From positions 896,001-960,000 of the forward strand of contig JAXHLW010000013.1 of the NCBI GenBank assembly GCA_034521815.1: a DNA stretch of 64,000 nucleotides, read 5' to 3'. Position 1 is the stretch's first letter. Every line of letters begins with the position of its first letter. A program made the position numbers and the translations under genes. The notes under the pieces are model-generated. The model was given only the letters and a program-made list of their open reading frames with translations, did no database searches and had not been told where the DNA came from. This document shows, in pieces, positions 34,151-46,083 of the stretch. The DNA is from Trueperaceae bacterium (lineage in GTDB: Bacteria > Deinococcota > Deinococci > Deinococcales > Trueperaceae).

Positions 34151-36352
34151 GTGAACATACCCGAAGGAAAACGTTACGTCACGCAGCTAGGCGGGCGCGA
34201 GCTCGTGATCGAGACCGGCAAGTACGCCAAGCAGGTGTCCGGCAGCGTCACCGTGCGTTACGGCAACAGCCTGGTCCTCGTCACCGCGCACATGCAGGAC
34301 GATCCCAAGCCGATCCCGTTCCTGCCGCTCACCGTCGACTACGAGGAGAAGCACTACGCGATCGGCAAGATCCCCGGCTCGTTCCTGCGTCGCGAGGGTC
34401 GCCCCGGCACCCAGGCGACGCTGAACGCCCGCATCACCGACCGGCAGATCCGTCCGCTGTTCCCGAAGCAGCTCAGGAACGAGACGCAGGTCATCATCAC
34501 CGTGCTGTCGGCCGATCAGGAGAACGATCCCGCGCCTCTGGGCGCGATCGGCGCGTCGGCCGCGCTCGCGATCAGCGACATCCCCTGGAGCGGCCCGACG
34601 GCGTCCCATCACGTGGGGTACCTGAACGGCGAGTACGTGATGGCGCCGACCTTCCAGCAGCTCTCGGAGAGCGCGATGCACCTGACGGTCGCGGCCAGCA
34701 AGGACGCCGTCCTGATGGTCGAGGCCTCCGCCGACGAGCTACCCGAGACCACCATGGTCGGCGCGATCGAGTTCGCGCAGCGCGAGCTGGCGCCGGTGAT
34801 CGAGACGATCGAGCGGATGCAGGCCGAGCTGGGCCAGCCCAAGAAGTCGTTCGTCCCCGCCATGGAGATCTCGGCCGACGACGTCGAGGCCGTGAGCCGC
34901 GCCGCCGAGCAGGCCGGCCTGGCCGAGGTGCTCCTCACCGAGGGCAAGCACGAGCGCTCGGAGGCCGTCAAGGCGCTCCGCGACCGCATCCTGGACGACC
35001 TGATCCCCGATCCCGACGCCGAAGGCGCCGATCAGCGCCGAGGCCAGCTCAAGGCCGCGTTCGGCAAGGCCGAGGCCGCCGCGATGCGCGCGATGGTCCT
35101 GGACCGCAAGGTGCGCAGCGACGGTCGGCGCCCCGACGAGATCCGCCCGATCTGGATCGAGACCGGCGTGCTGCCCATGGCGCACGGCTCGGCCGTGTTC
35201 ACGCGCGGCGAGACGCAGGTCCTGTCCGTCTCGACGTTGGGCACGGGCCGTGACAACCGGCTGGTGGACGACTTGGGTCTCGAGAGCACCGAAGAGTTCA
35301 TGCTGCACTACAACTTCCCGCCCTACTCCACCGGCGAGGTCAAGCGGCTGTTCGGTACCTCGCGGCGCGAGCAGGGTCACGGCAACCTGGCGCGGCGAGC
35401 CGTCGTGGGACAGCTTCCGGGCCAGGAGACGTTCCCCTACGTGATCCGCTCCGTCGGCGAGACGCTCGAGTCGAACGGCTCGTCGTCGATGGCGACCGTC
35501 TGCGCCACCAGCCTGTCGCTGATGGACGCCGGCGTTCCGATCAAGGCGCCGGTCGCGGGCATCGCGATGGGCCTGGTCATGGACGGCGACCGCTACGAGA
35601 TCCTGAGCGACATCCTGGGCAGCGAGGACGCCCTGGGCGACATGGACTTCAAGGTGACCGGAACGGCGAACGGCGTGACGGCGCTGCAGATGGACATCAA
35701 GGTCCAAGGCATCACCGCCGAGCTGATGACCCGCGCGCTGGACCAGGCGCGCGAGGGACGGCTGCACATCCTCGGCCTGATGCACGAGGCGCTTCCCGCG
35801 CCGCGCACCGAGCTGGCCTCCCGCGCTCCGCGCATCGAGACGGTCCAGATTCCCAGCGACAAGATCGGCACCGTCATCGGGCCCGGCGGGAAGCAGATCC
35901 GCGAGCTCGAGGCGCTGGGCGCCAAGGTCGAGATCGAGGAGGACGGCCGCGTCCGCATCTACACCGACGACGGCGCGGTCGCCGACGAGGTCAAGCGCCG
36001 CATCGAAGCGCTCACCGAAACGCCCGAGGTCGGCAAGGTCTACCAGGGCAAGGTCGCCAAGATCGTCGACTTCGGCGCGTTCGTGAACCTGTTCCCCGGC
36101 ACCGACGGCCTGCTGCACATCAGCCAGATCGCCGAGGGACGCGTCGAGAACGTGTCCGACCACCTCAAGGAAGGCCAGCCGCTCGAGGTCAAGATCAACG
36201 GGATCGACGACCGCGGCAAGATCGACCTGGTCCGCCCCGAGCTCGAAGGCGTCGTCGCACCGCGCGCGCCGCGTCGGGCCGGCGGCCCCGGCGGCGGCGG
36301 ACGCCGGGACGAGCGCGGCGGCCGCGGCGGCGGCGGACCCCGGGGCCGATGA
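34151..36352 (+). CDS. pnp: Polyribonucleotide nucleotidyltransferase (PNPase)
   Basis: RREGRP, SNGSSSMA, GDMDFKV, KH and S1 domains. Confidence 0.98.
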   Translation: MNIPEGKRYVTQLGGRELVIETGKYAKQVSGSVTVRYGNSLVLVTAHMQDDPKPIPFLPLTVDYEEKHYAIGKIPGSFLRREGRPGTQATLNARITDRQIRPLFPKQLRNETQVIITVLSADQENDPAPLGAIGASAALAISDIPWSGPTASHHVGYLNGEYVMAPTFQQLSESAMHLTVAASKDAVLMVEASADELPETTMVGAIEFAQRELAPVIETIERMQAELGQPKKSFVPAMEISADDVEAVSRAAEQAGLAEVLLTEGKHERSEAVKALRDRILDDLIPDPDAEGADQRRGQLKAAFGKAEAAAMRAMVLDRKVRSDGRRPDEIRPIWIETGVLPMAHGSAVFTRGETQVLSVSTLGTGRDNRLVDDLGLESTEEFMLHYNFPPYSTGEVKRLFGTSRREQGHGNLARRAVVGQLPGQETFPYVIRSVGETLESNGSSSMATVCATSLSLMDAGVPIKAPVAGIAMGLVMDGDRYEILSDILGSEDALGDMDFKVTGTANGVTALQMDIKVQGITAELMTRALDQAREGRLHILGLMHEALPAPRTELASRAPRIETVQIPSDKIGTVIGPGGKQIRELEALGAKVEIEEDGRVRIYTDDGAVADEVKRRIEALTETPEVGKVYQGKVAKIVDFGAFVNLFPGTDGLLHISQIAEGRVENVSDHLKEGQPLEVKINGIDDRGKIDLVRPELEGVVAPRAPRRAGGPGGGGRRDERGGRGGGGPRGR

Positions 36353-36591
36353 GTCGTGCGGGGGTCGGCTGGCCGGCCCCCGCTCCGCACCGTGCACGCT
36401 CCGCCGCCGCAGCGACCCGGTCGTTGCGAACCGGTCGTCGCGAACCGGTCGTCGCGACCCCGTCGTGACGACATCGCACGAAGCGACGCTGGCACCGGCG
36501 ACGGCTGACCTGCACCCCAGCGAGATGCGGCCTCGACCACGATCGCAAGCGATCGGGCGGGCGCGCCGCGTACCGAGAACACGAGGACTCC

Positions 36592-38253
36592 ATGGCACGA
36601 AAGAGCGATAAGCGCCTCCGCATCATCCCGTTCGGCGGGATGGGCGAGATCGGCAAGAACATGTTCGCGTTCGACTATCAGGACGAGATCCTGATGGTCG
36701 ACGGCGGACTCGCCTTCCCCGACGCCGACATGCTGGGCGTCGACATTCTCGTCCCCAAGATCGACTGGGTCGTCGAGAACGCGAAGCGCATCAAGGGCTG
36801 GGTCTTGACCCACGGTCACGAGGACCATATCGGCGGCCTGCCCTACATGCTGAAGCAGCTCCCCAAGAAGATCCCGATGTACGGCGCGAAGCTCACGCTG
36901 GGCTTTCTCCGCGGGAAGTTCGAGGAGTTCAAGCTGAAGGAGAGCGACGTCGACCTGCGCGAGATCACGCCGGACGACCGGATCAAGATCAGCAACTTCT
37001 TCACCGTCGACTTCTTCCGCATGACCCACTCGATCCCGGACAACAGCGGCCTGATCATCCACACGCCGCTGGGACGGGTCGTGCACAGCGGCGACTTCAA
37101 GCTGGACTACCACCCCGCCGACGGCAAGACCAGCCACCTGGCCAAGATCGCGGCCGCAGGCGCGGAGGGCGTGCTGTTGCTGCTGTCCGACTCGACGAAC
37201 GGCGAGCGGCCGGGCTTCACCGTCAGCGAGCGCGACGTGATGATGGCCGCCGACGATCTGGTCGCCAAGGCGCCCGGACGTGTGATCGTCACGACCTTCT
37301 CGAGCCACGTGCACCGGCTGCAGAACTTCATCCGTGTCGCCGAGAAGCACGACCGCCGGGTCGCCGTCGAAGGCCGGTCGATGATCAAGAACACCAAGAT
37401 CGCGCAGGAGCTGGGCTACCTCGAGACGAAGCGCCCGCTCCTGTCGATGGATCAGCTCGGCGAGCTTCAGGACGACAAGGTCATGGTGCTCGCCACCGGC
37501 AGCCAGGGACAGCCGATGGCGGCGCTGTCGCGACTGGCGTCCGGCACGCACCGCAAGCTGAGCCTGCAGAAGAACGACACGATCATCATGTCCTCGAACC
37601 CGATCCCGGGCAACGAGGAGGCGGTGAACCGCGTCGTGAACCAGCTGTACGAGCGTGGCGTGCGCGTGCTGTACCCGCCGAAGTACAAGGTCCACGCCTC
37701 GGGCCACGGCAGCCAGGAGGAGCTCAAGCTGATCCTCGACCTGGCCCGGCCCAAGTTCTTCATCCCGTGGCACGGCGAGCCGCGCCACCAGGTGAACCAC
37801 GCCTGGCTGGCCGAGAGCATGCCGAACCCCCCGCAGAAGGTCGTGATCCCCCACAACGGCGACGTGATGGAGCTCAGCGCCGACGATCTCAAGGTCGTCG
37901 GTCAGGTGGACGCCGGCATCGTGTACATCGACTCGATGGGACGCAGCGCCGACGAGATCGGCGAGCCGGTGATCCGCGACCGCCAGACGCTGTCGAACGA
38001 GGGCGTGATCGTGATCATGGCGCTGGCCGGGAAGAAGCCCTCCGTCGAGGTGATCGTTCGCGGCGTCGCCGGGGCGGACGGCAACGTCACGAAGGAGATC
38101 GAGCGGATCGCGCTCGAAGGCCTCAAGAAGGGCGTACGCGAGAAGAAGCGCCTGAACGACATTCGCGACGACGTCTTCTACCCCGTTCGCCGCTACCTGC
38201 GGAAGGCCACCGGCCGTACCCCGCTGATCGTCCCGACGGTGATCGAAGGCTGA
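36592..38253 (+). CDS. rnj: Ribonuclease J
   Basis: GGMGEIGKNM, THGHEDHIG, GSQGQP, HASGHG, beta-CASP. Confidence 0.96.
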   Translation: MARKSDKRLRIIPFGGMGEIGKNMFAFDYQDEILMVDGGLAFPDADMLGVDILVPKIDWVVENAKRIKGWVLTHGHEDHIGGLPYMLKQLPKKIPMYGAKLTLGFLRGKFEEFKLKESDVDLREITPDDRIKISNFFTVDFFRMTHSIPDNSGLIIHTPLGRVVHSGDFKLDYHPADGKTSHLAKIAAAGAEGVLLLLSDSTNGERPGFTVSERDVMMAADDLVAKAPGRVIVTTFSSHVHRLQNFIRVAEKHDRRVAVEGRSMIKNTKIAQELGYLETKRPLLSMDQLGELQDDKVMVLATGSQGQPMAALSRLASGTHRKLSLQKNDTIIMSSNPIPGNEEAVNRVVNQLYERGVRVLYPPKYKVHASGHGSQEELKLILDLARPKFFIPWHGEPRHQVNHAWLAESMPNPPQKVVIPHNGDVMELSADDLKVVGQVDAGIVYIDSMGRSADEIGEPVIRDRQTLSNEGVIVIMALAGKKPSVEVIVRGVAGADGNVTKEIERIALEGLKKGVREKKRLNDIRDDVFYPVRRYLRKATGRTPLIVPTVIEG

Positions 38254-38280
38254 GCGGACGCCAAGCGACCGATCGACGAC

Positions 38281-38300
38281 GGGCGGCCTACGGGCCGCCC
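38281..38300. terminator. Hairpin between convergent rnj and Nudix genes
   Basis: gggcggcc TACG ggccgccc (cUACGg tetraloop). Confidence 0.6.
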
Positions 38301-39004
38301 TCGTTCGTGACGTCCGGCGGAGGGACGTCGACCTCGGCCCAGTCGGCCAGCCGGAGCAGCTCGTCCAGCGTGCCGCCGCGCGCCTCCTCGATCAGGTCGC
38401 CCACGTGCAGCAGCGCATGGGACGGCCGTGCTTGCGCGTCCCAGCCCTCGGCCGGAACGTGCCGACCGTCGCGCCACAGCTCCACGGCGCGCGCCAACGG
38501 GACCGCGTAGAGCGTGTCCACTTCGCTGGAATCCAGCTGGTAGCCGTCCAGCGGGGCGTCGCGTCGCATCGCGAAGACCTCCTGCAGCTCGCGGTCCACG
38601 GCGTGCGCGTAGACGCGTTCCGACACCACCGTTCCCAGCCGGTGCACGTCCATCACGTCCACGGGAACGCCGATCTCTTCCTCCACCTCGCGCAGCGCGT
38701 TCGGCCACGATTCGCCGGCGCGAAGGTGCCCGCCGACCGTCACGTCGATCTTGCCGCCGGCCAGGTCCTTCGCGCGCGACCTTCGCTGCAGCAGGACACG
38801 ATCCTCGGCGTCGACGATCCAGACGTGCACGGCCCGGTGCCAGTCGCCGTCGCGGTGGACCGCCGACCGCGGCTTCGTCTCGCCCGTCGGCCTCCCGGCT
38901 TCGTCCAGGACGTCGAACCGCTCCTCGGACTCGTCGGCGCGATCCTGCGGTTCGGCGTCGCGGTTCTCGACGTCGGGATCGGGGGAACCCGTCGACTCGC
39001 TCAC
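38288..39004 (-). CDS. Nudix hydrolase (IDI-like)
   Basis: VHRDGDWHRAVHVW, LLQRRS, GGHLRAGE...REVEEEIG. Confidence 0.85.
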   Translation of the reverse strand: MSESTGSPDPDVENRDAEPQDRADESEERFDVLDEAGRPTGETKPRSAVHRDGDWHRAVHVWIVDAEDRVLLQRRSRAKDLAGGKIDVTVGGHLRAGESWPNALREVEEEIGVPVDVMDVHRLGTVVSERVYAHAVDRELQEVFAMRRDAPLDGYQLDSSEVDTLYAVPLARAVELWRDGRHVPAEGWDAQARPSHALLHVGDLIEEARGGTLDELLRLADWAEVDVPPPDVTNEGGP

Positions 39005-39165
39005 GACCCGAGCCTACCGCTGCGCAGGGCAAGCAGGACAGGGCGCACGCAGCTAGACGCCCTGACCCCGACGCCCTGAGCCGGGCGCTCTTGGCCCGGG
39101 CGCCCTGGTTCGGGTGCGAACCGGAGTGACCGACGGACCGACGGACCGACGGACGATCGATGCAT

Positions 39166-39195
39166 TTGACCGTCATGCACGATCCCGAGTATGCT
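39166..39195 (+). promoter_or_regulatory. Sigma70-type promoter of tRNA-Pro
   Basis: TTGACC-N18-TATGCT. Confidence 0.65.
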
Positions 39196-39208
39196 GCACC
39201 TCGCTCTT

Positions 39209-39285
<77 letters not shown>

Positions 39286-39288
39286 AGA

Positions 39289-39326
39289 CGCGAGAAGGGC
39301 ACGCCACGTGGCGTGCCCTTCTCGCG
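39289..39326. repeat. Perfect 38-bp palindrome after the tRNA (terminator-like)
   Basis: cgcgagaagggcacgccac|gtggcgtgcccttctcgcg. Confidence 0.9.
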
Positions 39327-39409
39327 CGTGGGGTCGAGCGTCGCCGGTGACCGGCCGTGATCGACCCTACGGCTCGAGGCGACCCGACGCGCCCCCTCCG
39401 GGGTGTCCG

Positions 39410-39760
39410 CGCCGCGACGGGACGCGGACCACGTCCAGGCGGCCCCGCCGTACTCGAGAAACACGAACGCGAGCAAGGGAGCCCGGCCGCGCCGAACGCC
39501 ACCACCAAGAGAAGCCCGGTACCGGCGAGCACCCGGACAGGGACCGATGCGCGGATCAGGGTACGATCCTCGCGGCTCGACGCGATCAGGTAGTACGCGC
39601 CTAGCGCCGCGACGACGATGCCGAGGATGCGGACGACCGGCTCGGCGCCCGCCGCGAACCCGAGGACCGCGGTGGGCACGCCGGGAGCGAGCGCGAACGC
39701 GAGGCCGAGCCCCGACAGCAGGGCGCCGACCGCGAATACCGACTTGGCGGCAGGACTCAT
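39410..39760 (-). pseudogene. Small 4-TM membrane protein, frameshifted (3' end approximate)
   Basis: MSPAAKSVFAVG...RILGIVVAALGAYY...SVPVR continues in another frame as LLAFVFLEYGGAAWTW. Confidence 0.55.
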
Positions 39761-40462
39761 GACGTTTCCTCCTCGCCCCGGATGGCTGCGCCGGGGGATC
39801 CCGAATCGTGGTTCTCGTCGACGGGAATCGGCTCTTCGAACCAGTCGCGGGCCAGCGCCACCACGCGCTCGAGCGTGCCCGGCTCCTCGAACAGGTGCGT
39901 GGCGCCCGGAACGATCTCGAGCCGCGTCTCGCAACGCATCGGCCCGCTTCGCCTTCTCGTTCAGCTCGATCACCACGTCGTCGAGCCCACCGACGATCAG
40001 CAGCGTAGGCGCGCGCACGGCGGGCAGGTCCGGTCCGGCCAGATCGGCGGCCACCGCGCGACACCACGGCCCGGGCCGCGTTGGGCCGGCGCGCCGCCGC
40101 GACCAGCGCCGCGGCGGCGCCCGCGTCGCTCCGAACAGGCCGACGGCGAGTCGACGGACGTCCGGCCGCGTCGAGCCAGGTCATCGCCGCCTCGAGTCGC
40201 CGGGCCAACAGGGGACGTCGAAGCGGTACTGGCGGGCGAGGACGTCGACGCGGTCCTCCTCCTCGGCGAGCAAGTCCAGGAGTAGGGCGGCGCGGCCGGC
40301 GTCGTTCAGGCCCCGCGCGACGAAGCGGTTGCGCGGACTGTGCCGGCCGCTCCCGCTTCCGTGCGCGAACAGCACCAGACCGCGCACGCCGTCGGGCACG
40401 GTCAGGTCGCCGTGCACACGCGCGTCGCCGTCGGGGATCGTCACGTGCAGCAGCTCGGACAC
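39757..40462 (-). pseudogene. Alpha/beta hydrolase (dienelactone hydrolase-like), about 4 frameshifts
   Basis: FAHGSGSGRHSPRN, GAAAALVAAA, VVSRGGR, PTLLIVGG and IVPGATHLFEEPG are spread over several frames. Confidence 0.8.
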
Positions 40463-40567
40463 GGGGTTCGTCGCCTCCTCACCTCGCGACCATGACGCGG
40501 CGAGCGGGCCGTCCCCGGCCGCGGGCTCGACCCGACTCCGCGGGCAGGGACCCGGGACCCGGTCAGC

Positions 40568-40830
40568 TCACTCTTTGCCATGGATCGCGACTCGTGCCGC
40601 GCGTCCCCTTCGAGGATCGGCAACGTCAGCATCAGGACGCCGTTCTCGAACGCGGCCTCGGCGGCGCGCACCACGATGGTGCCCTCCTCTTCGTACATGT
40701 CGACGGGGTCCCTGGAGCGTCTCCTCGGCCCAGATCGACCGTGGCAGGAGCGACTCATCGAACATGCGGTCGAACACGGTCGGAAGGGCCGGAGATCGCT
40801 CATGCGGCGGGGTCGAATCGCGCGCTTCAT
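40568..40830 (-). pseudogene. Hsp20 small heat-shock protein remnant with internal deletion
   Basis: MFDRMFDE...PVDMYEEEGTIVVRA is joined directly to AEAAFENGVLMLTLP; the central alpha-crystallin strands are missing. Confidence 0.7.
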
Positions 40831-41333
40831 GCGATCACCTCGTTTCCGCTCGTCCGTGCACCGTCGCGTCGGCGGATCGTGGGTCGAGGGGCCGGTGGCT
40901 CCGGCGGTCGTGACGCTCCAGCGGTCGCGTGCCGGCGACGCGGACCTAGCACCCCCACCCCAGCACGAGCGGCCTGGATCACGGGTCCTTCGTTTTCCCA
41001 CGGCGAGGTCGGAGCGGCTGTACGGACGCGGCGACGACGGGCCAAACCTCCCTGGACCGCACGCACGTCGGGATAGCGTCGCCTGCGATGCTGGGCCACC
41101 CTCGGGTCCGACGTACGCGTCGCTCCGCCGCGCGCTGGTGCTCGCCACGCCGGCCGGCGTCGGTCGTCACGCTGGCGATCGGGTCGGAGGCGTTCCGTTT
41201 CGAGCCGGCGCCGGACGTCGACACGGCGACCCTGCACGTCGGGGTCACGACGGTTCCGAAGACGCACGCCGCGGATCCCGCGCCCACCAGCGCCTCCCAA
41301 GGACCTGATCGGTCCAGATAGACCGCGGAGCCG

Positions 41334-41410
41334 GTGGAGCGCGGTCGGTCGCTGTACCTGGCGAGCTGCGCGGCCTGCCACGGCGCCACCGGCCAGGGCC
41401 ATGGAGCGAC
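41334..41410 (+). pseudogene. Cytochrome c fragment
   Basis: VERGRSLYLASCAACHGATGQG (CxxCH), with no intact flanking ORF. Confidence 0.65.
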
Positions 41411-41576
41411 CGCTCCACGCCGACGGCCGGGCCGGCTGAGCGAGGCTTCTCCGATGCACTACGATGTTTGTAGCGGTCACGTGGTCGAAATCGCCTACGC
41501 AGGCATCGACCAGGACCACGAAACGTTGTCCCTGAAGGCATTGGGGGCGCACAGGATGCGCACCGGCGACTGGGGG

Positions 41577-42848
<1,272 letters not shown>

Positions 42849-42849
42849 C

Positions 42850-43732
42850 TCAGCGCCCCTTCACGGTGGGGTCCCAGCGGCGGCTGTAACCGGCGGTGAT
42901 GCGGTCCATGACGATGGCCAGGAACACGATGGCGAGGCCGGCCTCCAGCCCGAGGCCGACGTCGCCCCGCTGCAGGCCGCGCAACACCTCCTGGCCCAGT
43001 CCGCGTGCACCGATCATCGACGCCAGGACGACCATCGCGAGCGCCATCATGATCGTCTGGTTGACGCCGGCCATGATCGTCGGCAGCGCCAGCGGCAGCC
43101 GCACCCAGATGAGCGTCTGGCGTTCCGAGGCACCGAAGGCGTGGGCGGCCTCCAGCACCTCGGTGTCCACCAGCCGCAGGCCCAGGTCGGTCAGGCGGAT
43201 GATGGGCGGCACCGCGTAGATGAAGGTGGCGATGATGGCCGCGACGTTGCCCAGGCCGAAGAACATGACCACCGGCACCAGGTAGACGAAGCTCGGCATC
43301 GTCTGCATGCCGTCGAGCAGCGGTCTGAGCAGCGTCTTGACGAGGTCGCTGCGGGCCATGGCGACGCCGATCGGGATGCCGATCACGATCGTGAACAGCG
43401 TCGCGATGAGCATGATCGCCAGCGTGGTCATCATCTCGGACCAGAGGCCGAAGGTCCCGACCAGCACGAGCAGGCCCGATAGCGTGACGGCAGGCCAGAT
43501 GCGGCGTCCGCTCGCGTGCCACACGAGCGCGGCGACGAGGAGCACCACGAGCCACCAAGGCGTGGCGGCGAGCCCGCGCTCGACGCGCACCAGAAGGAGC
43601 AGCATCGTGTCGGTGATGCCGCGGAACACGTCGCCGTAGGTGGCGATCAGCCAATCGACCCCGTCGTTCGTCCAGCTGCGCAGCGGGATGCGCCAGGCTC
43701 TCCGGGAACGGTTGGTTCAGGAACGTGAGCAT
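42850..43732 (-). CDS. proW: Glycine betaine/proline ABC permease, one frameshift near 43697
   Basis: MQTMPSFVYL, EAA motif, AGVNQTIMMAL. An extra C in agCCtggcgc splits FPESWRIPL. Confidence 0.9.
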
Positions 43733-44116
43733 CGAGGTGACTTACGACGGCCCGGCCGACATGCGCGAGGCGGGCGCAGCGACGGCCGAGCGGACCGACC
43801 TCGGCCGTCCGCAAGGACGGTTCGGTTGGCGCCATCGGCCCGCCGCGGTCGGGTGCCCGGGCATGGGCTGCGCCGCTCACGAGCGGCTCCACGAGCAGGT
43901 CGGGTGCGATGACACGGCTTCGCGACGGTCTAGACGCGATGGCGGACATCGCATCAAGCGAACGTGACGAGCTCGGGCTCGAGCGGTGATCGCCCGGCAC
44001 GAGGCCGCCGACGGCCCGGCGGAGCCGACACCCGTTTGCGTCGGGTGACGGGCCCGCCGGGCCCTGGCGAGGCGGTCAGACGGCTTCTTCAGCGCTGCAG
44101 CGGAACGCGCCGACCC

Positions 44117-45190
44117 TCAACGAAGGGCGCCGAGCACCCGTTCGGTCACGGCCGGGTCGACGTCCTCCAGCCATGCGCCCCACACGTCGGGGCTGTCGCG
44201 CATGAAGGCGAGCGCCGCCTCCTGCGTGCCGGCGTCGTTGGCCTCCATGAAGGCGAGCATCTCGTTGATGGTGGCGGTTTGGAGGTAGAAGGCGTCGAGG
44301 AACGACTCGATCGGCGCCGGGATCGTGTCCGCGAACTCCGAGCCGAGGCCGACGGCGGCGACGACCACCGGGTAGTCACAGGCGTCGGTGGCCAGCTCCG
44401 GCGTATCCGCCTCCGCCATGGCGTTCATGTGCGCGAAGCACTCTTCATCGTAGGGCGGCTCCTCGAGGCGCAGCATGTCCAGGCGCCCCATGATGCCGGT
44501 CGGCTCCCAGTAGTAGCCGAGCCACGGCTCGCCGCGCGTGTAGGCGGTCTGCATCGTGGTCTCGATCGCGATGCCGGTGCCGGGCCGGAAGTTGGTGTAG
44601 TGGTCCTCGAGCTCGTACACGACCATCTTCACGTTGTTGATGCCCTCGCAGTACCAGCCGATCACGCAGTTGTAGAAGCGCCCCTTGTCGGGCTGCTCGG
44701 GGTCGCGGAACAGCTCGGCGTACTGCGGCAGGTCGCTCACGGCACGCAGGTCGGGTGCCAGCGGCTCGATCCCGCGCTCGGCGTCGCCCTCGACCAGGTA
44801 GCGCGGCACGTAGAAGCCTTGCGCGGCGTCGTCGAACACGTGGCTCAGCTCGCGGACCTGGCCGTCGGCGAGCGCTTCGTGCCAGAACTCGGGGGCGTTG
44901 TCGACCCAGAGCTCCATGTCGACGTCGACGTCGCCGCGGATCATGCCCTGGAGGATCGGCAGGGTGGCGCCGGGAATGGCGTCGGTGGCGCAGCCGAAGC
45001 CCTCCTCGAGGACGAACCGTGCCAGGTCGGTGAGGATGTCCGCGCTGTCGTAGCCCAGCTCGCCGAACACGATGGTGCGGTCGAAGCCCGCGCACTCTGC
45101 GTCGCCTTGGGCGAACGCCGGGGCCCCGGCGAGCAGGGCGAGCGTCAGGGCCGCAGCGATCGTGCGGCGAAGGAGTCGGTGCGTGGTCAT
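44117..45190 (-). CDS. proX: Glycine betaine-type ABC substrate-binding protein
   Basis: Signal peptide, GDVDVDMELW, GFYVPRY, GYYWEPT; very acidic. Confidence 0.88.
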   Translation of the reverse strand: MTTHRLLRRTIAAALTLALLAGAPAFAQGDAECAGFDRTIVFGELGYDSADILTDLARFVLEEGFGCATDAIPGATLPILQGMIRGDVDVDMELWVDNAPEFWHEALADGQVRELSHVFDDAAQGFYVPRYLVEGDAERGIEPLAPDLRAVSDLPQYAELFRDPEQPDKGRFYNCVIGWYCEGINNVKMVVYELEDHYTNFRPGTGIAIETTMQTAYTRGEPWLGYYWEPTGIMGRLDMLRLEEPPYDEECFAHMNAMAEADTPELATDACDYPVVVAAVGLGSEFADTIPAPIESFLDAFYLQTATINEMLAFMEANDAGTQEAALAFMRDSPDVWGAWLEDVDPAVTERVLGALR

Positions 45191-45450
45191 GGGAGTCTTC
45201 CTTCCGGAGGTGCGCGCGAGCGATGAACGTCACGGTTCGCGGCGCGATTCGGTGTGGGCGGCGGCGTTCGGGCGCCGCGGCGGGCACTTCGGACGATAAA
45301 CGAGTACACCAGGTTGCGAGGCCCGACGGTGGCTCCGGTCGCGGTCGGCTCGGGCGGCGAGTCGCCCGTGGTCGGAGTCCGCGCACGCCCGTGCGGCGAC
45401 GCACGCCCGTGCGGCACGGCGCGTCCGCCCCCGCGCGTACAATCGGCGGT

Positions 45451-45607
45451 ATGGCGAAGAAGAGCCTCCAAGAACGGCGCGAGCAGCGCCTGCGCGCGCG
45501 TCGCGGAGCGTTGCCCCAGCGCAGACGCGGGCGCCACCTCGCCGCTGGCCGACGTGCCCTCCAGCCGCGACGTCATGCTCTTCCCGCTGCTGCGGCCGCC
45601 AGGGTGA
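45451..45607 (+). pseudogene. Short leaderless ORF remnant ending in a lysyl-tRNA-synthetase-like C-terminus
   Basis: TACAAT-N7-ATG. 45545-45607, in a shifted frame, reads LADVPSSRDVMLFPLLRPPG*, resembling the class II LysRS tail (SIRDVILFPLLRP). Confidence 0.4.
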
Positions 45608-46083
45608 GCGTGGAGCGCTCGGCGCTGAAGGAGCTGTTCGCGGCGATGGCGGCCGAGGGGGTCGACTACGTCCTGGTCGGTGGCGTCGCCGTCAACCTTC
45701 ACGGCATCGTGCGGGCGACCGAGGACGCCGATCTCTTCGTGCGCCCGGACGCCGAGAACGTCGCGCGCCTGCGCCACGCGCTGCAGCGCGTCACGGGGGA
45801 CCGGGACGTCGAGGGCATCCGCGAGGAGGACCTCGCCGGCGCCTATCCGGTCGTCCGCTACGTGTCCCCCGACGGCCGGCTGACGGTCGACATCCTGTCG
45901 CGCCTCGGCGAGCGGTTCGCGTACGGCGACCTCGAGGCCGAGGTGATGGAGCTCGATGGCGTCGAGGTCCGGGTGGCGACGCCGGCGACGCTGTGGCGCA
46001 TGAAGCGCGACACCGTCCGCGCGGTCGACGCCGAGGACGCGGCGCGCCTGCAGGCGGCCTTCGACCTGGCGGAGGAGCCCTGA
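45604..46083 (+). CDS. Nucleotidyltransferase (Pol-beta superfamily, AbiEii/DUF6036-like)
   Basis: YVLVGGVAVNLHG..RATEDADL, VDIL, MK...R..D..D motifs. In frame with the upstream ATG 45451. Confidence 0.78.
   Translation: MSVERSALKELFAAMAAEGVDYVLVGGVAVNLHGIVRATEDADLFVRPDAENVARLRHALQRVTGDRDVEGIREEDLAGAYPVVRYVSPDGRLTVDILSRLGERFAYGDLEAEVMELDGVEVRVATPATLWRMKRDTVRAVDAEDAARLQAAFDLAEEP

Noticed and set aside
40945-40978. CIRCE element upstream of the Hsp20 remnant (CTAGCACCC...GAGCGGCC)
   Set aside because: The right arm and spacing do not fit TTAGCACTC-N9-GAGTGCTAA.
43733-44116. Small ORFs between proX and proW
   Set aside because: No recognisable motifs, start signals or convincing codon pattern.
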